This document shows positions 40,801 through 49,627 of a stretch of DNA of 64,000 bases, piece by piece. The translations under genes were made by a program, and so were the position numbers. The notes under the pieces were generated by a model. The model ran no database searches. It was not told the DNA's origin and saw only the letters and a program-made list of their open reading frames with translations. Every line of letters begins with the position of its first letter. Positions within the stretch are counted from its first letter, which is position 1. The DNA is from Diplonema japonicum (lineage: Eukaryota; Protista; Euglenozoa: Diplonemea): assembly GCA_964019335.1 (NCBI GenBank), contig OZ025711.1, forward strand, positions 124,001 to 188,000, written 5' to 3'.

Positions 40801-41728
40801 CCTGCGTGCAGGAGCTGTGCGCCATCCACTCCGGGGAGAGGTGCTGCAACACGGAGGTGGACTGCCACTGGGACATCTCTGTGTCCCCCGCGCAGTGCAG
40901 CGTGAAGCACTGTGCGAAGATGAACGCGAACCCGGCGAAGTGCGACAGCGACAGCCCGTGCGTGTACGAGGGTAGCAAGTGCGTAGAGAAGGAGTGCGGG
41001 AAGCTCGCGGAGTGCGAGTGCAGGAAGGACGCGGACTGCTACTGGAACGGGGATAAGGACTTCTGTACCCCGTTCCAGTTCGGGCAGTGCCCCACGCTGG
41101 ACCTGGTGCTCTTGTTGGACGGGTCAGGGTCGATGAGCCAGTCCTTCGGGCGCCACCCGCACGGTTTCGACGCTATTATGGAGATGGTCAGGGACTGGGT
41201 GACGACGCTGCCCTTGAGCGGGGAGAAGGGAATTGTCGGAGTAAACTCGCAGGCGAACAGCGGGAAGGTGCGTGTGGGGATCATCCAGTTTTCTGGAATA
41301 AACGCTCAAGGAGCGGACCCCGGGAGGGCGGACGCTCAGGCAACCCCCGCTGGGATCGGCTCCTCCGGGAGTCTCACCGGGGACCTCGCAGAACTGAACG
41401 CCGACATCGACTGGCAGGAGACCAACTACTACGGTGGCGGGACCATGATCGCGAAGGGGCTGACCGACGTGGCGCAGATGTTCCACGCCTCCCCGAACGA
41501 CGGGAGGCAGAGAGTGCTCATCATCATCACGGACGGGCAGGTCTTCGACCCGGACACCCAGGCCGTGCTGCAGGCGCGCGGGGAGCTCGATAAGGAGAGG
41601 GTGCAGGTGTTCGGGGTGGTGGTGAGGAAGGCTACCGCGCACACCGCGATTGACGATCTCGCGGAGCAGACCCTGAAGCCAATGGTGTCGGTGCCGAAGG
41701 ACGACCACTTCCAAAACCTCATGATCGA
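22815..41728 (+). CDS. Giant secreted/surface adhesin-like protein, N-terminal part (>6300 aa), truncated by the assembly gap
   Basis: Uninterrupted 18.9-kb ORF. Signal-peptide-like MHRPLMMLSLTASCYA; Ig-like domain ~22970-23190; C-type lectin ~23217-23795 (WIG, EPN, WND); 7 vWA domains with MIDAS DxSxS starting near 25206, 27192, 29100, 30720, 32298, 39537 and 41088; many C-x5-C-x4-CxW repeats; roughly 35-40 EGF-like DEC...C.DP...DW.C.C repeats at ~33310-38580. It ends within vWA7 at the N gap. ATG 22815 is preferred over GTG 22797. Confidence 0.95.
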
Positions 41729-41928
41729 NNNNNNNNNNNNNNNNNNNNNNNNNNNNNNNNNNNNNNNNNNNNNNNNNNNNNNNNNNNNNNNNNNNNNNNN
41801 NNNNNNNNNNNNNNNNNNNNNNNNNNNNNNNNNNNNNNNNNNNNNNNNNNNNNNNNNNNNNNNNNNNNNNNNNNNNNNNNNNNNNNNNNNNNNNNNNNNN
41901 NNNNNNNNNNNNNNNNNNNNNNNNNNNN
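41729..41928. other. Assembly gap (200 N)
   Basis: Run of exactly 200 N. The true gap length and the orientation of the flanking contigs cannot be determined from this window. Confidence 1.
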
Positions 41929-42093
41929 GGGTTTTGCGGGTTTGCGGGTTTGCGGGTTTGCGGGTTTTGCGGGTTTTGCGGGTTTTGCGGGTTTTGCGGG
42001 TTTTGCGGGTTTTGCGGGTTTTGCGGGTTTTGCGGGTTTTGCGGGTTTGCGGGTTTGCGGGTTTGCGGGTTTGCGGGTTTGCGGGTTTGCGGG
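41929..42093 (+). repeat. Telomere-like tandem repeat (TTTGCGGG/TTTTGCGGG) x19, running into the gap
   Basis: Ten 9-mers and nine 8-mers in blocks of 1, 3, 9 and 6, with a sharp boundary to unique sequence at 42094. Confidence 0.95.
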
Positions 42094-44168
42094 CGACCCA
42101 GGCCCACGCCCCCAGGTGCTCCCATCTCACCCCTTCCTTGCTGTGTCCCGTCCGTCTGCGGTGCCTCCTTGTGCCGGTTGCAGCCCCAGGTGCCGGGATT
42201 CTGGGTGCCAGGGGTTGGGCTCCAGGCGTTCCCACCTCGGTCCGCTTCAGCCCCATTGCAGGGTCATCTGGCTTCTGTTCCAGGGCGGCCTCGTGTTCCT
42301 CTCTGCGGGCTCTCCTCCTCCCTTCTTTCCTCGCACGACGGTGCCTTTTCTTCTCCTGTCTGGCAGCCTCCCTCGCCCCCTCCCTCGCCTTGGTCCTCTT
42401 CTCCCGACGCCTCTGAAGGGCCGCTTCGCTCCTGTGCCTCCTCCTGTTCTTCTTCCGCTTGGGCGCTGGCTTAGGTTCCCTGCCACCCATGGCAATCCAG
42501 GGGGCTCTTTTCTGTCTTCTCACAAGGGTGTGCAGTGGTGCTCTCACGTCGCTCGCAGCCTCCGCCCCAACCACACCTTGGCGGGCGGTGGGGGTGGGTG
42601 CTGGGTCCCCCTGGTTGTTTGAAAAGAAAAAAGGTTCCTCCTTGTTTGTTTTTTTTTTTTCTTTCCCTTCCACCCTCAAAAAAAGCCCCCGGCCCTTGGG
42701 GACCAGGGTGTACACCTCCGTAGAGGGTCCAGAAAAAATGGGGGGCAGAGAGGGAGGGGCACTACCTTCTCTCGGGCGTGCTGTCTCTCCCTCTGCCTTT
42801 TTTTCCTCCGAAGAGGGTCTGTTTTTCACCTCCGTGGAGGGTCCCTCTGGAGAGGGCTCTATAAAAGAAAAAGGGGGGGACGAATGGGGGGGAGGAACAC
42901 TACCCTCTCTCGGGAGTGCCACCTCTTCCCCTCTCTCTCTGTTTTCCTCCGAAGAGGGTCTGTTTTTTACCTCCGTGGAGGGTTCCTCTGGAGAGGGCTC
43001 TAAAAATGAAAAAGGGGGGGACAAATGGGGGGGAGGAGCACCACCCTCTCTCGGGAGTGCCACCTCTTCCCCTTTCTCTCTATTTTCCTCCGAAGAGGGT
43101 CTGTTTTCCTCCGAAGAGGGTTCTAAAAAAAAAAGGGGGGCGGGTGGGGCACTATCCTCTCTTGGGAGTGCCACCCCCCCTTGCCCACAAAAAAGGGGAT
43201 CTAAAAAAGGGGGTTCGTCTGTTAACCCAGGGGATGGGTCTTCCTGGGGTGTGCGGGTGAGCTTGGGGCCTACCGCACGCAGGGTGATCGACACCCTGAC
43301 ACCAGTGGACATCCCGGACGGGATGTGGTGCGTCCACTGGTGTCTCGCTTCACCTTCCAACAATGCCCATGAGAAGGGGGGCACCAGGTATTTCGCCACC
43401 CTGTCCCCCCTCCTCATGACCATTGTGGTCTCGGCTCCGTACGAGAGGACTAGGACAATCGGTCCCAGCCTCGCGTCGTCCTTGTGGGCGGCAATCCCAC
43501 AACCAGACTTGTACTTGTTGACAAGTACCTGGTTGGGGACCACCTCGAGCCCCGGCGGCGGCCACCTCCCTCACCCACCCCTCCGCCCCCCCTGGGATCC
43601 CCGTGGTGGGGCGCACCTTGGCGTTCGTCCCCTCCCACCGGTACCCGTATTGGAGGGTCTCCCTCCCTGAGTTCCCAGACAGGGCCTCCCACTTTCCTGA
43701 AAGCAGGGCTTTCGGGAAGGCAGGGGCCGGGCCCGTCCTCAACCCGGGAGGGTGTTCACCATACACCAGTACCCACCCCTTTTTTTCTCCCTCTTTTCTT
43801 CCCTCTTCAACAATAGCAGGGTCGGCTGCAGGGGTCGTGGTCGCGGCGGTCGTGGCTGCGGCAGGGGCGGCTGCGGCGGTCTCAGTTGCGGCGATCAGGG
43901 CGGCTGGGGCGTTCAGGGCGGCTGGGGCGGCCGTGGCTGTAGCAGCGGCGGTCAAAACCGCGGTCTCTGCTAGTGATTTTTTTATTTTATTTTTTTTTTC
44001 TAAAGGGGGGTGGGGGGATCTAGGGGGTGGGGGTGGGGATTCATACTGCCCAACCAGATAGTCTGGTTGGGTCGGCCCTGGCGTCGTGTGCAGCCTGGCG
44101 GCCTGTCGGGGTTCCTTCTCCCTGCGGTTTGCGCGGTCACCTCCTCTTGCGTTCCGTCTTGGATCCAT
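42094..44168 (-). pseudogene. AlkB-family 2OG-Fe(II) dioxygenase-domain ORF (~690 codons) with one frameshift near 43552
   Basis: Frame 1 gives KWEALSGNSGRETLQYGYRW...WVREVAAAG. Frame 2 gives LEVVPNQVLVNKYKSGCGIAAHKDD...LGPIVLVLSYG...FSWALLEGEARHQWTHHI...RVSITLR, i.e. an intact HxD...H triad and RxSxTxR. Removing one G from GCC-GGGG-CTC fuses the frames. The domain is flanked by an Ala/Thr-rich N-terminus, Pro/Glu/Ser repeats and an Arg/Lys-rich region. Confidence 0.85.
42760..43180 (-). repeat. ~141-bp (47-codon) coding tandem repeat, about 3 copies
   Basis: EVALPREG..PPP...PPFSF.EPSPE.PSTEVKNRPSSEE units; ttttcctccgaagagggtctg recurs at ~42802, ~42942 and ~43083. Confidence 0.85.
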
Positions 44169-44340
44169 TTTTTATTTTTTTTATTTTTTTTTAAAGTGTG
44201 TGTTGGGGGAGGGGATCCTTTCGGTAAGCGGCGGGCAGGCCGACAGGCAAAACAACCCCCCCGGACGACGGCGACGACGGACGACGGACGCAGCAGCAAA
44301 CCCAGGCAGAGGCGGCAGGCACCAGCAGAACACGAACGAC

Positions 44341-44378
44341 CAATAAAGTACAGAAACTGTAGCTTTAGAATCGTTGGT
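44341..44378 (-). other. Spliced-leader (mini-exon) sequence embedded in genomic DNA
   Basis: The minus strand reads ACCAACGATTCTAAAGCTACAGTTTCTGTACTTTATTG (38 nt). It has the euglenozoan-conserved 3' half ACAGTTTCTGTACT(T/A)TATTG. It differs from the Diplonema SL as I recall it (AACCAACGATTTAAAAGCTACAGTTTCTGTACTTTATTG) by 2 substitutions and a missing first A. Confidence 0.93.
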
Positions 44379-44402
44379 GGGGGGGGGGGGGGGGGGGGGG
44401 GG

Positions 44403-45071
44403 ACCGCGCCCGAGCCCCTCGAGATTGATTCGCCGGAGGTCAGTGGGAACAGGGGTCTGGCGAGGAAGAGGGTGCCCTCGAATGAGGCTCAGTCCGCCCA
44501 GCGGACCCCAAAAGTGAAGAAGGGTCGCGGCCAGCTGGACGTAAGAGAGTCGAGCCTGGCCGCTGGCATGCGCGTGCTGTTCGGAGCGGTTCCGCCCCCT
44601 TCCCTGACCCCCTTGGCCGTGGGTAGCAGGCCGCCGCAGGAGGAAGGCGAAACGGCGCAATCTCCCATTCCGGGGGCGAGCGGTGCAGGGCTCTACTCTC
44701 CAGAGGCGAGGTTCCCGGAGGCGCCCGTGGTGTCCATGGCCGCGGACCTGTGCGAGTCGGACGGGATGGAGGCACATTCGGCCCCCTCCGGTGTGGACAG
44801 AGAGCCTTCGCCCGCTCGTCCGTCGCAGTCTCCCGTGCTGGGGGCTGAAGGCGGGGGGCGCCTCTCTCCGGAGGTCAGTACCCCAGAAACCTCCAACCCC
44901 GATGTCCGGGTAGAGGGCGGGGAAAAGGTCGCCAGAAAAAGGGTACCTTCCCACGAGACCCAGTCGGCCCAACGCGCCGCTAAGGTCGGGAAGGGCCCTG
45001 TCCAACGAGATGTGAGGGGGCCCCAGGGTGGTCGATCCACCCCCCTGGGCTCGCAAGGGCCCAGGGCTTGA
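44403..45071 (+). pseudogene. 5'-truncated coding fragment (Pro/Ser/Glu-rich, internally duplicated motif)
   Basis: The frame is open from the G24 tract to TGA 45071. The duplicated motif RKRVPSNEAQSAQR / RKRVPSHETQSAQR differs mostly at third codon positions. Confidence 0.55.
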
Positions 45072-45252
45072 GCAGCCAACATTAAGGGTTCCTGAGGGAA
45101 GCCCTCTTTAGAATTCCCCCCCCCTTTTTTTTTTTTTTTTTTTTGCAAGAACGAGTCTTTGACTTGTCTAAACAAAAGGGGAACGTTGGCAACGTGTTTC
45201 GGGTTGACAAACTTCTCCAGGTTTTACCCGGCACGTACAAACAACGGCCAGT

Positions 45253-45291
<39 letters not shown>

Positions 45292-46568
45292 CCATTACAA
45301 CAAAACGACAAAGGGGAAAAAAAAAAAAAAAGAAAGTTAGCAAAAGAAAAAAAAAAGGGGACCGGGAGTTTTCCCCCTGAAGTTCCTTTGTTAAAACATG
45401 TTTGCTGTTGGGTTTCCGTTTCTTTTCTTTTTGGTTTAACTAGGAGTTTTCCTTCTACAGCTTGTTTGCTGATGGTTTTGAGTTGATTCTTTTTTATTTT
45501 TTATCTTATGGTTTAACTAGAAGTTTTCCTTCTACAGCTTGTTCGCTGACGGGTGGGTTTATCAGGCGGGCTTCCATAGCTGGTGACCTATGGAAGCCTT
45601 CCCAAATTTTTTCTTTTTTTCAGGCCGGGCTGGGGAAGGACGGCAAGACCACCAACGGAGGAGAAACCGCTGCAGAAAGGGGAAAGGTGCAGGAAGACGA
45701 AGAGGACGAGAGGGCGTCTCACAAAGACTCCCTTCAATTCATATATCTTTTATTTTCTTTTTATTTTTCTTTTCTTTATTTTCTTTCTCCCAACCCTACC
45801 CCCCCTCGAAAAAAAAAAAGAAAAGAAAAGAAAAGATTCATTCCTCCCTAGTTTATTATATTTTGCATCAGGTTCGCCGAGAAAATAAAAGGAAAAACAA
45901 GGAAAGAGAACGGCAACCAAATTTTAAATTTTTATTTTATCATCAAAGGAGGTTTGAAAAAGAGAAAAATTAAAGAGAAGAAAGAGACCTTTTTCTCCTC
46001 TATCGATAAGTGATTCACGAACTCGAATCTTTATCACCACTTTTTTGTGCATGCCAGATTTTTTTTTTTCTCCCGCCTTGTTAGAGAAGTTTTAATTTAC
46101 TAGTAAAAAAATAAAAAAAGTGAAAAGAGGAGTAGAAGACGATCCGGTGGGGGGCATGGGAACCATAAACCGTGTCTTCCATCGCGATCGGCAAGGCGGG
46201 GGCTTTTCCGTCCCATGGGTGAAAAGAGGCGGATAAAATCACTATTCCGGACCCCCCCCCAACACTGAGCATGCACTTTTTCCCCATACATACCTCTCTC
46301 GTTTATCAAAATATCACCATTTTTACGGCGGACGCCAAGAAAAAAAGCCAAGGAGAAGGAGTTTAGGGAGTAATTGAAAGACCTACGGCCCCAAAGAAGG
46401 CGGTGAAAACAGCCATGGTGGGCCAGCCCTGGCAGACAGGGAGCCTGAACACCAAGAACACCGCGGAGCCAAATTTGCATCCGGAATTTTCGGTTTTCAA
46501 ACTTACAAAAACCCCCTGTAGGCATCTGCGTCCGTCCAGCCCCATTTTGGCACCCCTTTTGGGTGCGG

Positions 46569-46600
<32 letters not shown>

Positions 46601-46620
46601 AAAAAGAAAAAAAAAAAAAA

Positions 46621-46860
46621 GGAAAACTACAGTGACCACAACGTTGAGAAAGTAGCACTAGTTGGTGCTGTAATGGAAGAGTGGAACGGGCGCGAGGACA
46701 GGCTCATGCGAACACTCGAAAAGAAGTACAACACGAGATTCTTCCAAGACCGTGGCCTTCTATCCATGCCATATGCACGGGCAGCGTCGAGCTCCCAGAT
46801 GCACACTCCGATGCGACTCCGCGAACCGGAGACCTTACTGGACAAAACAGAGGCTTTTAT
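46621..46860 (+). pseudogene. Gene fragment with a small protist helical-domain-like motif, between poly(A) runs
   Basis: YSDHNVEKVALVGAVMEEWNGREDRLMRTLEKKY resembles the Y..NP.K...V..I...Y.GRE..L...L..KY motif I recall from protist proteins. It has no start codon of its own upstream of the motif and is bounded by A tracts at 46569-46620 and 46862-46880. Confidence 0.4.
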
Positions 46861-46891
46861 CAAAAAAAAAAAAAAAAAAATCTAAGTGGTT

Positions 46892-47518
46892 CTATCTGGC
46901 CTGGCCGTTGTAGCACCTGTTCCCTATTCTTTTATTTTTCCCTTTTTTTTTTCTCAGAAAATTCAACCCGGGGGGGTGCTCACCATCTTTCAGTATCCAC
47001 CCTTCCCCCTTTTTCTTCTTTTTTTTTTCCTCTTCAACTATGGCAGGGTCGGCTGCGGAGGTCGGGCTTGCGGCAGGGGCGGCTGCGGCGGTCTCAGTTG
47101 CGGCAGGGGCGGCTGCAGCGTTCAAGGCGGCAGGGGCGGCTGCGGCGATCGTGGTTGTGTCGGTCGTGGCTGCGGCAGGGGCGGCTGCGGCGTTTGGGGC
47201 GGCAGGGTCGGCTGCGGCGTTCAGTGCGGCTGGGGCTGCTGCAGCAGTCGTGCTTGCGGCCGGGGCGGCCGTGGCTGTAGCAGGGGCTGCTGCTCCCTTG
47301 GTTGTGGCGGTCAAAACCGCGGTCTCTACTTGTGATTTTTTTTTTTTATTATTTTTTTTTTCTAAAGGGGGGTGGGGGGATCTAGGGGGTGGGGATTCAT
47401 ACTGCCCAACCAGATTGCCTGGTTGGGTGGGTCTCGGTGCCGTGCACTGCGGGCTGCGGGCTTGCTCCTGCGGGCTGCGGCTGCGGTCACCTCCTCCTGC
47501 GAGTCGTCTTGGATCCAT
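46892..47518 (-). pseudogene. Truncated second copy of the AlkB-element ORF N-terminus
   Basis: MDPRR..GGDR...PTQP..LVGQYESPPP.RSPHPPLEKKN..KKS..ETAVLTA...AADPAIVEE...GW....GEHPPGL aligns with 44168-43739. Homology stops at ~46963, just before the AlkB domain. Confidence 0.85.
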
Positions 47519-48223
47519 TTTTTTTTTTGTTTTACCACCAATGCTCCATACGCCCCCTGTTGCCAGTTCGCCAGATGAGCATACTGCAGGGACTTCCACT
47601 CATCCGTTGCCCGGTGGGTACCACGAGGAGGTCAGCAACAATTCTATACTTTTGGCCACGTTGGGCCTGTTCTACATTTAGTATAGTCCCACCTGGAATC
47701 GGGGGGGGGGGGGGGGGGGGGGGGGGTGTTTGGCTGCAGCGGAAGGCTGCTCGGCAAGCTCATCGGTGTCACCACGCCTGCTCCAGCCGTCGGGACGAAG
47801 GGCACCAGACTGTGTTTTTCTGCTAGTATTGCAGCACCACCTCTGGCTGGCATTTTATTTTGAATACTCGCCTGTATTGGCCTCCGAGCTGCGATAGCAA
47901 AAAAAAAAAAGAGGGGGGGAAAGGAAAAAACAGGAAGTCAGACAAAATAAAGGAAGTCAGGTATTAAAACTCAAAACTCAGCAGTAGCGAGGATGGAAAA
48001 AAAAGAGAGAGGTAGACAAAGGATTAAGATAGGGAAGAGTGGGAAAAGACAAGTAAAACTGGTGTGGTAGACCGGTTGGTGTTGATGGCAGTTATGATGC
48101 CAGTTAATATGGTGGACAGAGAAGACAACACAGCACACCAGTGAGCAGCCAGGACAGAAAAACAAGAGGAATAAAGATGAATTGCGGAATTGGGAAGGAA
48201 GACAGTTTGTGCTATTATATGTT

Positions 48224-49627
48224 CTACTTGAGCAGTTGGCACCTAGGAGGGTAGTTGCAGACAGCCAGACAGTTTGCCTTGAAGGAAGATTGCTTGTAGC
48301 AGCGTGTGCCTGGGGTGCAGCAGTGTGGGTTGTACAGGCACTCCCTTTGCAACGGAATATTGAAGTGGCACCCGGGTTTGGGCTCCGTGGGGACGGGAGT
48401 TGGTGGCAGTGTCGGCACAGGAGCGTCTGTGGGCTCCAAAGTGGGTGCCGCTGTAGGAGGGGCTGTGTGAGGGGCGAAGGTCTGCAGTGTGTACGAGCTG
48501 GGGATGCCGTCAACAGAACAACCCTTGATATGCTGCACCTGCCTTCCCACCTCACGGCCCCATACCCCGCCCTCGTCTTCGCCCACCCAGTAGGCAGCAC
48601 CCCCGTTGCAAGGGTAGGCCACCTGCAGCTCCTTCATCACAGCAGCAGCAGCAACGGCATCAGTGTTCGAGTCTGCAGTCGAGCAGCCAGAAATGCAGAA
48701 GCCGAACACCAGCTTTGTACTGTCACCACCGAAGGATTCCTCCACAAGTGTGCCAAAGTGCTGTAACGCGGAACTGTGCACCCCGCCCCTGATCCCATCC
48801 AACCCGGGACGCGTCACACCGTCGAAGTACTGTGCGACAAGGAAGTCGATGGAGTGCCCCACCACCTCCATGATGCTGTGGTACCACGTTCCCTTTACCA
48901 AGTCAGTGTCGCGTCCGATGTGCCCAATCAGTGCGTAGGCGGGGAACTCGGAGCGCAGCTGCTGCGTAACGTTGACGTAAAAGGTTTTCACGGCGGTTAG
49001 CTCCGCCGCATCCCCAGGGCTGTGCTCAAAGAGGAAGGCCACCCCGTCCATCCCAAGGGACAGGCGGAGGCTGCTGAGCTGCTTCGAGACATGTTGTTCC
49101 CTGCCGTAGCATGAACTCCAGCAGCCGTCCCACCCTGACCCGCCAAAGGACAGCATCACTTTCTTGCCCTGTTCCCTCCACTTGGCGACTTCACATGGGG
49201 ACGTGGCAAACTCGATGGTGCAGTCTGCGCTACACACACGCGCACCCTGCGCATCTGTGGTATACACGGTGACGGGGGGGAGCACGATGTGGGTTGATGC
49301 GTTCGTCTGCTCCTTCGACGGACACCCTTCTCCTTCTCGCAACACTGCCACCAAGCGGCTGTCAGCAGTCTCGTCCTCAAGCAAGGGACCACTGTTGGAA
49401 CTGCCACCGCCTCCAAGTACCGCCCCTAAGACACCCCCCAGCACAGCGAGAAGTACCAGTGTCACTGCAATCCCCACGAGCAGCGGTCTTTCCCTCATCC
49501 TTGCCAGCAGGCCGCGATCGTTGTTGCAGGCATCCTTCTCAACGGATTTAAAGGGGAGTTGCACCTCTTGGTCGAACTCACGATGCCCAAAGTGCTTGCA
49601 GTCTTTGGGGGTACTAGCGACAGACAT
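48224..49627 (-). CDS. GH18 chitinase-like type II membrane protein with a C-terminal CBM1-like Cys domain (467 aa)
   Basis: N-terminal TM helix LLVGIAVTLVLLAVLGGVLGAVL. GH18 motifs KKVMLSFGG, MDGVAFLFE (degenerate DxxDxDxE), DFLVAQYFDG, KLVFGF and GGAAYW. Pro/Thr linker, then CCTPGTRCYKQSSFKANCL. Confidence 0.82.
   Translation of the reverse strand: MSVASTPKDCKHFGHREFDQEVQLPFKSVEKDACNNDRGLLARMRERPLLVGIAVTLVLLAVLGGVLGAVLGGGGSSNSGPLLEDETADSRLVAVLREGEGCPSKEQTNASTHIVLPPVTVYTTDAQGARVCSADCTIEFATSPCEVAKWREQGKKVMLSFGGSGWDGCWSSCYGREQHVSKQLSSLRLSLGMDGVAFLFEHSPGDAAELTAVKTFYVNVTQQLRSEFPAYALIGHIGRDTDLVKGTWYHSIMEVVGHSIDFLVAQYFDGVTRPGLDGIRGGVHSSALQHFGTLVEESFGGDSTKLVFGFCISGCSTADSNTDAVAAAAVMKELQVAYPCNGGAAYWVGEDEGGVWGREVGRQVQHIKGCSVDGIPSSYTLQTFAPHTAPPTAAPTLEPTDAPVPTLPPTPVPTEPKPGCHFNIPLQRECLYNPHCCTPGTRCYKQSSFKANCLAVCNYPPRCQLLK

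Larger units (their letters stand above)
42094..44378 (-). mobile_element. SL-headed putative retroposed element or retrocopy encoding an AlkB-domain protein
   Basis: Genomic SL exon, then a 172-nt UTR, then an intronless ORF. A second diverged copy of the ORF's 5' part lies 3 kb away. No RT, endonuclease, TSD or poly(A) end is visible before the repeat tract and gap. Confidence 0.6.

Noticed and set aside
41929-42093. A true chromosome-end telomere
   Set aside because: The G-rich strand runs away from the contig end, and the motif differs from TTAGGG.
41124-43543. ORF-track proteins that read through the N gap (6539-aa C-terminus VLRVCGFAG..., 704-aa and 333-aa ORFs)
   Set aside because: Artefacts of translating across 200 N that join unrelated sequences.
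44230-44378. A functional SL RNA gene
   Set aside because: GT follows the exon, but there is no GTATG-type donor, recognisable Sm site, T-tract terminator or tandem array. The sequence leads directly into a protein ORF.
46120-46570. Possible decayed restriction-like endonuclease tail of a non-LTR element (TVSSIAIGKAGAFP) ending in poly(A)
   Set aside because: The similarity is only a few residues, with multiple stops. It needs a profile search before any claim.
47620-47655. Degenerate SL-like string on the + strand (ACCACGAGGAGGTCAGCAACAATTCTATACTTTTGG)
   Set aside because: It needs several gaps and mismatches to align and is antisense to element copy 2, so it is compatible with chance.
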